Source: Macrostomum lignano
Taxonomy: Eukaryota
Direction: 5' to 3'
Assembly (NCBI GenBank): GCA_002269645.1
Contig: NIVC01000029.1
Location: forward strand, 1,329,834-1,393,833
Length of the DNA: 64,000 nt
Below are positions 13,301 to 34,653 of the stretch, piece by piece. The notes below the pieces were generated by a model. It saw only the letters and a list, made by a program, of their open reading frames with translations. It was not told the origin of the DNA and ran no database searches. Position 1 is the stretch's first letter. Every line of letters begins with the position of its first letter. Position numbers and translations under genes: made by a program.

Positions 13301-14478
13301 TCCTGACATCAGCGGCCCTGACTTCTAATGCACTCCCTGTGCCTTGGGGGTGGCTCTCAAGCCTTATGGACAGACCACTGGACGCTTTCACAGATCACAG
13401 GGTACCTCTAGAGCCAGTAGGAGCCAACATCATCTACCTGAAACTGTCTCCCACAGACTACCTACGCTGGCTGCCAGCCGTATTCGTCGGAATAGCCGTT
13501 GCCATGGCGACGCCCCGATTGCTATGGCAACTAATTGGCCGCCGAGCCCACGAGCTGGTGGAACTTGGCGTTGCCTGCCAGTGGCAGCCGTGGCTGGAGA
13601 GAAGCCACGCCACCGCTTATCTAGCCGACGAACTTCGCCGTCCAAGCCTGCTACCCTGTTGCCTGGCAACCGTCTATCTCGTTGCCAAGACGACCACATG
13701 TGGCCTCGCTCTGGCCTGTCTGCGCCTATTAGGCCAGCCGTTCACAGCTGTTGCCGGGCATCCTCTGGGACCTGCCAGGCGCCTTCTGCTGGACCCGGAC
13801 TGGCAGTCTGGTCTCATGCCAGGCGCTTTTCACTGCGAGTACGGCGGCGAGCTGCACGTGCATCATCAGCACTCGCACCAGCTGGTGTGCGAATTCGCCC
13901 ACGAGTCTCTGGTTAACTGCCTGTGCATTGCCGGCTCACTCTGGCTGCTGCTGTGCGCCCTGGCTAGCGGAGTGAGCGGCCTGGTCTGGCTGGCCTGCCT
14001 GCTGCCGCCAGTCAGGCGCCGACTGCTTGCCAGACTGCAGCGCGGAGGTCTTCAGCAGCCTCAGCAACAACCGGAGCAGCAACTGGCCTGCGACGCCAGC
14101 CTTCTATTGATGCACATCGACTCCGGCGTGTCTGGACTTCTAGCCAGCGACGTACTTCAGCAGCTGGCTAGACTAGTTGCCGCGGAAGAATCCGCCGCTG
14201 CCGCCGCTGCCGCCGCTGCTGCCGCCGCCGCCGCCGCCGCTTCCACTTGTGACGACGAAGACCAACAAGAGCGCCAGGACCTGCAGCTGGACAGTCCGAC
14301 CGCTGCCACGGCTCTGCTTCTGTCGAAAACTCCCGTCGCTTTTCTGACCGAGCATTCCGAGGAAAAAATCGGCGGAGGCCACCAGAAGAACAATAACCAT
14401 CAGCAGAATAACCACCACCAGAATAACCACCACCAGAAGAACCACCACCAGAAGAACCCACATCAAAATGGAATTTAA
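10351..14478 (+). CDS. Divergent innexin/pannexin-family gap-junction protein, join(10351..10657,13394..14478)
   Basis: Exon 1: EDWFDR + TM1 + LRCLAPKEF...AETFCW, which matches the innexin DDxxDR...CxxPxEF...YCW pattern. Donor AA|GTGAGT (phase 1) is compatible with acceptor TTTCACAG|AT at 13393/13394. Exon 2: YLRWLP...TPRLLW (YYQW...PRxxW equivalent), TM3, FHCEY and LVCEF extracellular Cys, TM4, then poly-Ala and a His/Asn/Gln-rich tail. Confidence 0.8.
10738..11636. repeat. 21-bp minisatellite (GAGATTCAGGACCACATTTCT)n inside the innexin intron
   Basis: Tandem units visible and diverging toward the 3' end; source of the EIQDHIS ORFs. Confidence 0.92.
12270..12580. repeat. Degenerate GA-rich repeat related to the 7.0-9.3 kb array
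   Basis: Units of the GGGAGAGAGGTAGGGTA type. Confidence 0.65.
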
Positions 14479-16747
14479 AAAAGACGATAGCAACGAAGTG
14501 AAATACCTTGCAACCTTTTGAGTTGGTTTTAACAACGATTTTTTAAAACTTATATCGTCCGTTTCATTTTAACGGTTTAACGATTCGTCGATATAACTTT
14601 GCTAATCAAATATTCTTACAGTTTATGAGTTTAGTAGGCTAACTGATGAATTGACTGAAGCTATATCACCTGGAGTTTAATTGAATTATATTTCCTAATT
14701 GCTAAATCGTTTATTTGTTGTTAAATTAATGACTGATCGGTTTGTTGGTAAAAATGATTGACTGTTATTTTCTTAGATAACTGCTTCTAGTGGGCCATTC
14801 GTACGGGTAGTCTGAAGAAAGGGGTTAAAAAAATTTTAGACATTCATTCTTTATTTAGTAATTTTATTTTTTATTTTAAAAAGGGAGATTTTTTCCGTTT
14901 TGGAAATAAACCAGTTTTTGTTTTAACGAGACACTTTTTTACGTTTGAGCAATCGAGATACTAACGTACGAATAGCCACTATGCAGATGATTATAACTGT
15001 CAGAGCGAAAATATCTGCGTCAATGTTTCTGCTATAACGCTAATTTGTCATATATCGATGCTAAAAATTATTTATAAATCGCGCTTGTTGTCTGGTGATC
15101 CCTCCCGCTTTGCGTCCGTTATGTTTTATCAATGCGAACGTAAATTATAACAAAGAATTCATTTTTTTAATTTATACACATTGAGAATATTATTTAATGA
15201 ACTCGTAAAAATATTGGTTTCAACCTGTCAGTCATAATTTACTTTGCAATCTGTGTTTGAGAAGATTTTTTCTGCTTTTTTGTTAATTAAGTTTTATGGT
15301 GTGTACCACTCGTACATTCATAAAGTTTTGCGAAATTTAATGTTCATAATTTATTTTCATTACATCCAGCTGCGTCTCCAGTCTACCTCTTAATCAGTTC
15401 ATGCTGCTTCTTAATATCTTTATGATTTTCTCGCTAATCGCTATTTATACCTAACATTTTCAAACATAGGCATATCATTTACTATATTCTTTGTCATTAC
15501 ATTTCCGCAATTTTTCTGTCATGGGCATTTTAATGTTTAATCATTTATTTCATACAGCAAATGGCAATTGGTTTTGAATACAATGAAAGTGCGGGACATT
15601 GTTGACTTAACTGTTGAGACCATGTTCCGCATGGCCGTTAGTAGTTAGCATCATTTTTGTTGAAACATTTAATCATCGACTTTCGACTTTACAGTACGAT
15701 GTACTTAGAGTTACTTAAACTTGGTTCTACCATATGAAACGTTCGAGAGCGACGCATCGATAGGATGATTATTTTGCATCAAAAACCAGCAAGTCAACCA
15801 ACCAGTCATGAGCATCATGGATGAGCTGTATGGATTTCTTCTTTTTGCAGCTCGTTATTCGGTCAATGTCGAATTAGACAGAACACGGAGAGCAAAGAAG
15901 CTGCTGAGTCGCTTATAAGAACCTGCAGTCCATTTCCTTGCATGATGGACCACGACTTGAACAGGAAACTTACTTTTCTCTCTTCCATTAGTGACTGGCA
16001 GCTAGTATTATTAGTGGACACGGGGACAGAGATCGGAGGAGCTATTAATTGATTTGGCATCTAAAAAAGGAAAGAATAATCTAGAAAATGGACGCGAAGC
16101 CCCAACTAGCCAGGCAAGACGCGCGGCTGGACCGCGGTTGTCATGCCGAGGGCCAACGATCAGGCCCAGTGGGTCCAATTTCATACTGTTGCTATGCCTG
16201 CCTTCAGGAGCTCATATGCCGGATCGCGTGGCACAAAAAAACAAGCTGGCGTGCATGCACCCCGTGGCGATCGCGACTCCACAGTTCTCGGCTTGAAATT
16301 TGATCCTGTTTTGGTGCTAAAAATAGGCACTGCAGCCCCGGGACAGATGTGAGACTCAGATTATGTGCTGTTGGCTCGTTCCAGCACAAATCAGATATAA
16401 AGCTAATTTTGAGCATTTGCGGGTCAGTCGACTTTACGGATCTTTCCTGCGTAATGATTCATTTCCTAAATGGAAAGACACCCAGCTGTCTTGCTCCGAC
16501 ATAAGCATACAGCCAGATACAGCACTGGTTGCGTGTAAAACAACTTCCTCAAATTATTTAAACTGATGAAGATTTCATGACTACATGTATCGACCACAGC
16601 TAGCCGGATGCTGGATAGACAGATTACGCGGCGGTCGCGAGAGACTTCGTACTGTGATAATTTAAAGATTAGCGGCTTAAAATAGGACAGTATACTAGCT
16701 AATATTGGATTGTGTGGCTCGACATCTTAGCGCGTATCTAAATCTAG

Positions 16748-16841
16748 ATGGATAGACAGATAGACGCATACATAGATGTATACGTGTAGATAGATAGATG
16801 GATAGATGGATAGATAGATAGATAGATAGATAGATGGATAA

Positions 16842-16896
<55 letters not shown>

Positions 16897-16930
16897 GATA
16901 GATAGATGGATAGATACAGTAGATAGATGT
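16748..16930. repeat. (GATA)n microsatellite
   Basis: Directly visible. Confidence 0.95.
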
Positions 16931-18072
16931 ATATATTGATAGACGTATTGTATAATCCGTATTATGTTTCGACTTTTATCTTTTAAAATTAACAAACTAA
17001 CTTACTACTATAAAAAAGCCGATAGTTAGTAGTACGATGCGCATTTATTTGTGCATCTTTTTCACAAACATATATTCGTCAAAATCTGATATGAAGACAC
17101 TCACAGTTTATTCACAATACACAAGAGCTGGTGAGCACAATAAAAAGCAAACAGTAAAGCCAGAAATTCTGATCTCACTAAAACTCGCGCACAAATATTT
17201 CCGGTTTTTTGGGAGAGATGAGACAGTATATAGTACAAAGCAAATATGTCACTTTTCACTTTTTAAAGTGTTTGCAACTTTGTGCTGTTCAAGAAAAACA
17301 CGCCAGTAGCCTAGTAGAATACAGTGCAAAGCATCTTACAAACAAAGAAAAATACCAGGCATAAAAATAGGATTAGAATGCGCGATTTTCTGAGGTTTGC
17401 TTGTCCTTTTATGCCTCAATATATGATATTAATTATCGTCACACAGAATAGAAAGCAATTAAAGTTCCATTGTCGCCTCCTCTATCTGCTTAAGCGCTAT
17501 TGTAACTGGCCAATTTCCAACGAGGGAAGAACACAGAAAATCGCAGACCGTCTCCTCGCTTCCCAATTTGAGTTTACACAACGCAACAGAAAAAATAGTA
17601 GGTGATGTCTATAGAATAATATTAGAGAGTATGGACGTAAAGCAACAATATATATTAGTTTCGAGAGACAGAGAGAGAGAGAGAGAGACAAGCGTCGCGG
17701 ATTAACCGTCGGGGAACGGCTAAAAACTGAAGCAGTCTGCCCGCGGCCTTCACTTCACTGTTCTCACTGCCATTTTCATGGTCAACTTACATTTCCTGTC
17801 CAACTGAATAAAACCGTGATAAACGTGCGCCAATAAGTTGGTGGAGACATGCAGGCCACACAAAGACAACGGTGGTTACACAGCTTCAGTGATTGAATGT
17901 CAAATACGATAGGAAAAAGCTTCACAAATGTAATAACCTAAATTGTAACCATCTTCATCAGCGATCGTGTCGCAACAGTTGAGTATAAGTACACTGATAG
18001 TGGGATAATCTTCCCATAGAGAGTACTTCATGGGTTGTGGAGGGGCCTGGGACTCAAAATTATTGGTTTCGT

Positions 18073-27411
<9,339 letters not shown>

Positions 27412-28194
27412 TCAGTGGCGCCGCCGCGCTCCGAAATACGCGCTCAGCAATGATTGCCGGTAAGAAGACTGAGCCGCTGGCGGGGCATGGTCTCTCTTCT
27501 GCTGCGGCGCTAAACCTTTTTTACTCTGCAGGCTCGGAATGGGCTACCTTGCTCAAATAGTTAACTGGCTACAGTTGGCTGATGCTATTATTTTATTATG
27601 CTAAGTGGTTGAAGATGAATTCTACGGCCCTTAGAAACTGTAGCGGCCCCATTGTTTGACTGGCGGACGATTGGTTGTCGCCCCCGATGCACCGTTTTCC
27701 ACCGAGCAGAGAGTGGAGTTTGAGACCCGATAATATCGTATAATAGAGATAGCAAACGCTTAAAGACTATTGCTACTGCAGTGACCGAGCGTTGAGTACA
27801 AGACAGATAAAAAATGTTTAGAGCGGACCAAAGCGCAATTAACGCAAAATGAAGGTGCGAGAGAGTTGAGGTATCAACGAGCCCTAACCGCTGAAAAGAA
27901 ACATTAGCGGAGCTAAAAAATGGTCCTAAGATATTGGAGAGAATACAGGCAGGAGAGCAAGATAGGGGAGGAAAAAAATTAGTTTATTGGGCTTCGAGAG
28001 GATGTCCTGATTGAAGAATCCAACGTCAAGCCGAAGATAGGTCTCGATGCTACCGCTGTCACCTCTAGAGCCTCTAACACCGCTACCGTCTCTGCGAGGC
28101 TCTGCAAGCCTCTGCGAGCGAACGAAAGGAATAGAGCCGCGATGGAGTGTGGCCGTCCGTATTCTCACTGGATTTTTTATCGGGTCGCGCGCGT

Positions 28195-28202
28195 TGACGT
28201 CA
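28195..28202. promoter_or_regulatory. Full palindromic CRE (GTTGACGTCAAC) ~790 bp upstream of the PDE4 ATG
   Basis: Exact consensus within a 12-bp palindrome (28193-28204), next to a CG-rich CGCGCGCG run; function not demonstrated. Confidence 0.5.
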
Positions 28203-29723
28203 ACTGAATCTAGGAGCCTAGTAAGGACGCCTTAATTCTCTTTCCTGCGTCGCGCGCCCTGCACCCCTCTCCCTCTCTCTGGCGCTGAGAGAGAAGCCTA
28301 CGGTAAATCGTTCAAAGCGAGGGGGATCGGGCGGCCGTGCGCGGGAGGAGACGGTGGGGAGGGAAGAGGGAGTTGGGTAGACTGAGGGTCCCAGCCAAAC
28401 AGTGAAGCGTGGGCCTGGGTGTGGTGCGAGTGGGTGACGCTCGCTTTGCTGGCTGAACCCAGCAACCAGTGGGATTCTCCGCCGGCACTCCCGACCTAAT
28501 CTCATCCCCACTGCCACTTCCTTTCTCATTCTCGTTTCGTGTCTTCTCTCATTCTATCGCCTATCATAGAGAAGAGAAATTGATTTGAAAGTCAAGCACT
28601 TGGCCCTCATCAAAGCCTCCGAGAGGTTTTACTCTGCAGGACTCAAAATCCCCTTTTTTGACCTCTCCTCTCCTCCCTCTACCAACCTTCCTGTAGCTTT
28701 TGATAAGCGGCAAGTTCAAAGCGGCACCCTATGAAGAAGGGGAAGGGAAGAACTAGGGCAAGCGAAGAGTCAGAGAGAGAGAGAGACAGAGAGGAGAGAA
28801 GAGAAATCATTTTTGTCTAGCGTCAGTCGCTGCCGCTCTTGAGGCTGGCTGCTTTGCCTCCCCTCCCTTTGCCCCGATAAAAGATGAGTGAAGGTGGATT
28901 AAAAAAGATTTAACTATCTAAGCAGGGGCGGCATAAGAAAGGAATGAAATGACAGACTATGAAGCGGCCCGGCAGCTTATCTCAAAGGAAGGCTCTTTCT
29001 GAGCTAAACTGCATGGCTGAATGATAAGCCGCCGCCTTTGCCAGAGGCGAGTATTCATAGGAAAGAAAAAGAATAAATCAAACGAGGACAAAATTTCTAG
29101 CGCCTAAGCTATAGAAAAAAAACCTTTTCAAAAGACACAGAAACTAAGGTCAGTTGAGGCTTAAGATTAGAAGTTATTATACTTTAGCCTTACGATCTAC
29201 GCTATGAAGCAAGAGAGCCAACTTGCTATACTCGAGAAAAACAAGGCTTGGCAAACTTTAGCTGGCCCTCGGGTTCTTGGAGACTTCACAATAGCAATCC
29301 GGCCCACTCGGGGTTGGGGCGCTTTCACTAGGCCGAAACTTCACATAGCCGAAAAATCATTTTAGCAGCGTCCTTACTATGGTCGAAAGGGGATGTGAAC
29401 TTATAAGCCTCCAAAATGGAACCGCAAGCAGTGACGATTTCTCTGCACCAGTTTCTTTATTTTGACCAAAGTGTTTCTCTGCTACCAAAGTGGGAGCACG
29501 ATATGGTCACTCAGTTTTTTGTATTTTCGACATTCCTGACTTCATTTGGGGGTGAACTCTGATTGCTTATTATTTTCATTGCATTTTCTGTCTCAATCGG
29601 ATGGACTTTCAAGTTGTAGAGTGTTTATATGTTTTTATGGCTCCTTTGAAAGCATGCAGATTTGCCTGGATTCGATTCGTAGAATATGCATGGCTCTAAG
29701 ATTCACTTTAATGTTACCATGTT

Positions 29724-29975
29724 AGTTCGGCCTAGTGAAGTTTCGGCCTAGTGAAGTTTCGGCCTAGTGAAGTTTCGGCCTAGTGAAGTTTCGGCCTAGA
29801 AGTTTCGGCCTAGTGAAGTTTCGGCCTTGTGAAGTTTCGCCTAGTGAAGTTTCGGCCTTGTGAAGTTTCGGCCTAGTGAAGTTTCGGCCTAGTGAAGTTT
29901 CGGCCTAGTGAAGTTTCGGCCTTGTGAAGTTTCGCGCCTTGTGAAGTTCGGCCTAGTGAAGTTCGGCCTTGTGAA
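29724..29975. repeat. 16-bp minisatellite (GTGAAGTTTCGGCCTA)n
   Basis: About 16 tandem units visible. Confidence 0.9.
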
Positions 29976-30082
29976 AACCCCCCCCCCTCGGGGTTTGTGT
30001 CTCTTCTCAGCTGTCTTCTCTCTTAGCAATCTTTCTAAATATTCTAAATAAAGCCATTGCATCAGTTTCATTAGTACCGGAT

Positions 30083-30740
30083 NNNNNNNNNNNNNNNNNN
30101 NNNNNNNNNNNNNNNNNNNNNNNNNNNNNNNNNNNNNNNNNNNNNNNNNNNNNNNNNNNNNNNNNNNNNNNNNNNNNNNNNNNNNNNNNNNNNNNNNNNN
30201 NNNNNNNNNNNNNNNNNNNNNNNNNNNNNNNNNNNNNNNNNNNNNNNNNNNNNNNNNNNNNNNNNNNNNNNNNNNNNNNNNNNNNNNNNNNNNNNNNNNN
30301 NNNNNNNNNNNNNNNNNNNNNNNNNNNNNNNNNNNNNNNNNNNNNNNNNNNNNNNNNNNNNNNNNNNNNNNNNNNNNNNNNNNNNNNNNNNNNNNNNNNN
30401 NNNNNNNNNNNNNNNNNNNNNNNNNNNNNNNNNNNNNNNNNNNNNNNNNNNNNNNNNNNNNNNNNNNNNNNNNNNNNNNNNNNNNNNNNNNNNNNNNNNN
30501 NNNNNNNNNNNNNNNNNNNNNNNNNNNNNNNNNNNNNNNNNNNNNNNNNNNNNNNNNNNNNNNNNNNNNNNNNNNNNNNNNNNNNNNNNNNNNNNNNNNN
30601 NNNNNNNNNNNNNNNNNNNNNNNNNNNNNNNNNNNNNNNNNNNNNNNNNNNNNNNNNNNNNNNNNNNNNNNNNNNNNNNNNNNNNNNNNNNNNNNNNNNN
30701 NNNNNNNNNNNNNNNNNNNNNNNNNNNNNNNNNNNNNNNN
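30083..30740. other. Assembly gap (658 N)
   Basis: Run of N; adjacency across it is not guaranteed. Confidence 1.
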
Positions 30741-32098
30741 CGAAGGACCTCGGCAGAAGATTCAGCTACAGCCCTGATCTGCTGGCAATACCGGCTGAAA
30801 AAAATGTTCCATGAGCTGAAGGTACCTGAATTTACTGCTAACAAAGGTAGGACTATCTCTTCTTTTGATACTGTGATTGTAAGCAACCAAACCACCAGCT
30901 CTATGGGGGTTCCCGTTTCAAACCTCTTGTCTGGGGTGGTGGGTTCGAATCAACCCACCAAGCCGCCAGCCCTGTGACAACTGAGCAGGGGAGGGAGCAA
31001 CCAGCAGGGAATCGTCCCTCCAGCCCTTCAACGGCATGGAAGAATCTCCCGACTGGCGAGGCTTTAACGAGGAACCGAGCATGCTAAGCCATACGGACGA
31101 GGACAACCAAGCTTGCCCGCCGATTTTTTCCGACAGAAGAGCCGCTGAAGGGCTCAATTCGCAAATGCAGGGTCCAGTTGCCTGTGACGGAGGCTGGACA
31201 CGGGGGTGGTCTGTGACCAGACACCTCCACCTGCAAACTCCATTGCTGGCTGATCAAAAACGAATCAGCTATTTCAATACCTGCCATCTTGACTTCGAGT
31301 CGTCAACAGCAGAGTCAAGTCGCCTGTGACCAGGGGCTTGACACGGGGTGGTCTGTGACCAGACATCCCCAGCTGCTGCTAATAGCAACAACATCGATGC
31401 CAGCCAAGCTGACTCTTTCGTGTCTTTTTGCGACACCCACCGACAACGTTGCATTTTTACAGAGTAGATTTGCTTGCGCTGAGCCACCCAGGCTTGCCAG
31501 TGACAGCAATAGGGACAGTCTTGAGCTGACCCCTCCTCGATCGGCACTTGCTCAACCAAGCCAGATTAACGTCCATAGGGGACTTAAGAAAGACTGGAAA
31601 CTGACCCCTATCGAAAAGTCAACGATCGCGATCGGCGATGAGAGTCTCTCTGAGCCCGGGCAAGCGCACCCAGATGTACAATTTGAAATTTTTCCGAATC
31701 TACGCGCTGAGAACCTAATCAGGGTGCTGCGTGAGCAGTTGAAAAGCCCTAGCTCAGCTGTCAAAGCGGTCATTCTCTTCCCTTGTGGTCATGACCTGTC
31801 GAGACAATTTGAAGGTGTCCTCGACAAACAGCTCACGACAATCGTGAATCATTGTCGCAAGGCCTTTCCAGAGGCAAACATCTACACACTTGACTCAGTG
31901 GTGGATGCCGAGGCAACGGACAGCGTCCGAAGCAATGTGGAAAAATTGAACCGCCATGCCCAGAATCTCAACCAGAAGGGGCACATGTCACTACCCAGAC
32001 AGGGTTTGACCTTCCTGTCAGACAAGGTCACACTATCTGACCAATCGGCCTTGGAGGTCTTCAGGATTGTCTATGGCAAAGTACAAAAAAACTTGTAG
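30741..32098 (+). pseudogene. Partial PLE ORF1 of copy A, with several 1-nt indels relative to copies B-D
   Basis: Same sequence as 35241-36600 but with small indels near the contig edge; probably low-quality consensus. Confidence 0.7.
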
Positions 32099-32127
32099 GT
32101 TTTAGGAATGCGGCTAGCAACCAAGTC

Positions 32128-34368
32128 TTGAACTTATCGAATTATCGTCTTTCTGACTGCGAAACCGAAATTTTAGGAATGGGGAAGAACTTTGTGCCAG
32201 CCCCAATTGTTATGGGGTCCAGCGTCCTTTCTGACTCCATCAAGGTTTTCAAGCAGAGAATAGTTCTTAACTCCCTGCTTCAGCGTCGCACGTGTGCTTT
32301 CACCCCGCGCATCCCTTATACTGGCCGAGCTTCGATCCCCAACATCAACTTGGACAAGTGGCGCTCTCACAGAGACCTTTTTGAAAGCCTTGACAGGATT
32401 AGAATTCCAAGAATCATACACAACAAGCCAAACCTTCAGGAGCAGCAGAGAATGGCACTGAAGACTCTTCGAGACAATAGCAGTATCGTCATTAAACCTG
32501 CCGACAAGGGCAGCAATATGGTCGTTTTGAATCGAACAGATTACATACTGGAAGCTAACAGGCAGCTCTCCAACAGGACCTTCTACCAACCCCTTGACAC
32601 TGCAATGAGCGCCCAGACCAGTGCCATTATCAAAGCCATTTTTCAAGATCTTAAAGAAGAAAAGATAATTACTAATCATCAATACTCGCAACTGATTCCG
32701 CCAACTATTCCAAGAGATCGAATTTTTTACCTTTTGCCAAAAATCCATAAGGATCCCGAAGAATGGCCTACTCCTGGAGTGCCTCCTGGGAGACCCATTG
32801 TCTCGGACTGCAGCTCGGAAAGCTACATGAGCGCCAAATTTATCGATCTCTTCCTACAGCCGATCGCTAAGGAACAAGACTCCTTCATCCGAGACACGGA
32901 CCACTTTCAAGCGGCTATTAATGATTTGATTTTTGAAAAAGACGAAAATGTCTTTCTGGTTACAATGGATGTTGAATCCCTGTACACCAATATTCCCACT
33001 GATAAGGGGATGGACGCCATTAGAGATGCCTTTCAAACATTTCCCCAAACCTCAAGGCCAGATAACCATCTTCTTGCGCTCCTGGACATTAACTTGAACA
33101 AAAATGATTTTGTTTTCAACGACACGCGCTACCTTCAAATCAAAGGCACAAGCATGGGAAAGGCCTTTGCGCCATCCTACGCCAACATATTTATGTCTGC
33201 CTGGGAATCCAAAGCTTTAGAAACTGCTCCGTTTACCCCTCGTTTCTTCAAGCGCTACATTGACGACATTTTTATGGTCTTCGTCGGCACTGAAGACGAA
33301 CTAAAGGAGATGCACAAGCATCTGAATGAGTTCGATTGCAACATCCGACTCACGATGCAATACAGCAAAGAGAAGGTTCACTTCCTGGACTGCTGTGTCA
33401 GTCTGACTGACGAAGGCAACAACAAGAGACTTTCGTGCTCAATCTACTTCAAACCCACCGATTCACGCCAGCTTTTAAATCCGGGGTCTTTTCACCCAAA
33501 GCACACTTTCAAAGGTATACTGAAATCTCAGTTCCTCCGTTACGCTCGCCGTTGCACATTTAAAGAAGACTTCGATGAGGCCAGCAGCAGCTTAACAAGC
33601 ATCCTGAAGAAACAAGGATATTCTGTCCGCTTAATCAGGGATTCTAAAAAATCTGCCCTCATCCAGCTGGGCCTCTACATTGATGGTCGGTGGGAGTTCG
33701 GCTTCCAGGATTGTGGCAATCTAAGCTGCCGTCCTTGCAGAGAGCACGGGCATTTTGGCCAAGTTTGTTTAGGGTCCAGCGCTACAAAAATGATTTACAA
33801 AATTTGTCAAAAAGTCCGCTGTGACTCCAGGAATGTGGTGTATGCCATTCTGTGCAAGACTTGCAATGACCGCTGTATCTACGTAGGTGAGACTGGAGGC
33901 GCTCTTAAAGTCAGACTTCAGGCTCACCTGAGCGACATCAGACTGGCTAAGGACACCCCAATCTCCAGGCACTTTCGGTCACCAAACCACAGTATTCAGG
34001 ACCTCCGCTTTATGGGTCTGTGGTACCTCAGTACTGAGTGCCTGACCACTAAAGAGGGTGCTCAACGCAGGCGGAGGAATATGGAGCAGAAGCTCATCGC
34101 TTTACTACAGACCCAGACTCCAGCAGGCTTAAACACCGTCATCACTGAAAAAGACGCCTGCATCCCAATAGTGATCCCTTTCACGGACCACTCTGGGCGA
34201 ATTGTTCATCAAATTCGCACGGCCATTTCGAACCACGCTGCAGAGCTGGATACGGTGGCTGCCTATACTCGCTCACGCTCATTAAAGGACATTCTATGTC
34301 CATCCAATCTGCCCGCCGTAACTAATGGTCAGGCCCGAAACTCAAACCTCTTTTCAGTTGAGCACTAG
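32128..34368 (+). CDS. PLE ORF2: reverse transcriptase + Cys-rich linker + GIY-YIG endonuclease (copy A)
   Basis: KPADKG, LLPKIHK, PGRPIVS, MDVESLYTNIP, GTSMG..APSYANIFM, RYIDDIF and FLD RT motifs. Linker C-x4-C-x2-C, then C.SRNVVYAILCKTC...IYVGETG..LKVRLQAH, typical of the Neptune clade. Confidence 0.95.
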   Translation: MNLSNYRLSDCETEILGMGKNFVPAPIVMGSSVLSDSIKVFKQRIVLNSLLQRRTCAFTPRIPYTGRASIPNINLDKWRSHRDLFESLDRIRIPRIIHNKPNLQEQQRMALKTLRDNSSIVIKPADKGSNMVVLNRTDYILEANRQLSNRTFYQPLDTAMSAQTSAIIKAIFQDLKEEKIITNHQYSQLIPPTIPRDRIFYLLPKIHKDPEEWPTPGVPPGRPIVSDCSSESYMSAKFIDLFLQPIAKEQDSFIRDTDHFQAAINDLIFEKDENVFLVTMDVESLYTNIPTDKGMDAIRDAFQTFPQTSRPDNHLLALLDINLNKNDFVFNDTRYLQIKGTSMGKAFAPSYANIFMSAWESKALETAPFTPRFFKRYIDDIFMVFVGTEDELKEMHKHLNEFDCNIRLTMQYSKEKVHFLDCCVSLTDEGNNKRLSCSIYFKPTDSRQLLNPGSFHPKHTFKGILKSQFLRYARRCTFKEDFDEASSSLTSILKKQGYSVRLIRDSKKSALIQLGLYIDGRWEFGFQDCGNLSCRPCREHGHFGQVCLGSSATKMIYKICQKVRCDSRNVVYAILCKTCNDRCIYVGETGGALKVRLQAHLSDIRLAKDTPISRHFRSPNHSIQDLRFMGLWYLSTECLTTKEGAQRRRRNMEQKLIALLQTQTPAGLNTVITEKDACIPIVIPFTDHSGRIVHQIRTAISNHAAELDTVAAYTRSRSLKDILCPSNLPAVTNGQARNSNLFSVEH

Positions 34369-34505
34369 ATGTACAGATGTACACACGCGTTGCATCGTGC
34401 CCGCCAAACCATATTGATTATTTTATTTTATTCGCGTCTTTCTATACTCACTATAAATATTTAACTCTGTTTTAATTTGCCCTTTTTTCACAGTTTTTTA
34501 TTTAC

Positions 34506-34551
34506 AATATACCCTGACGAAGACCCTGTTTAGGTCGAAAATTCGGTTATT
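34506..34551 (+). ncRNA. Minimal type I hammerhead ribozyme (copy A/B junction)
   Basis: CTGACGA (34514-34520), stem II GACC/GGTC, GAAA (34537-34540), palindromic helix III AATT, cleavage after UUC at 34544, stem I AATA(T)ACC/GGTTATT. Confidence 0.8.
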
Positions 34552-34653
34552 TTCTTAGAATTAAAGAAATTGTGAATTTGCTTCAACTGTGTGCGTGGTT
34601 TCATTTCGCATTATCTTCTCCCGGGACCAGTGAAGCAATCTCACAGTTTCCCT

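Noticed and set aside
15790-16680. GC-richer stretch with several short overlapping ORFs; possible decayed transposase or exon
   Set aside because: No recognisable domain in any frame I translated, and no termini; a BLASTx/HMM search is needed.
30071-30895. 274-aa minus-strand ORF
   Set aside because: Mostly the N gap; an artefact.
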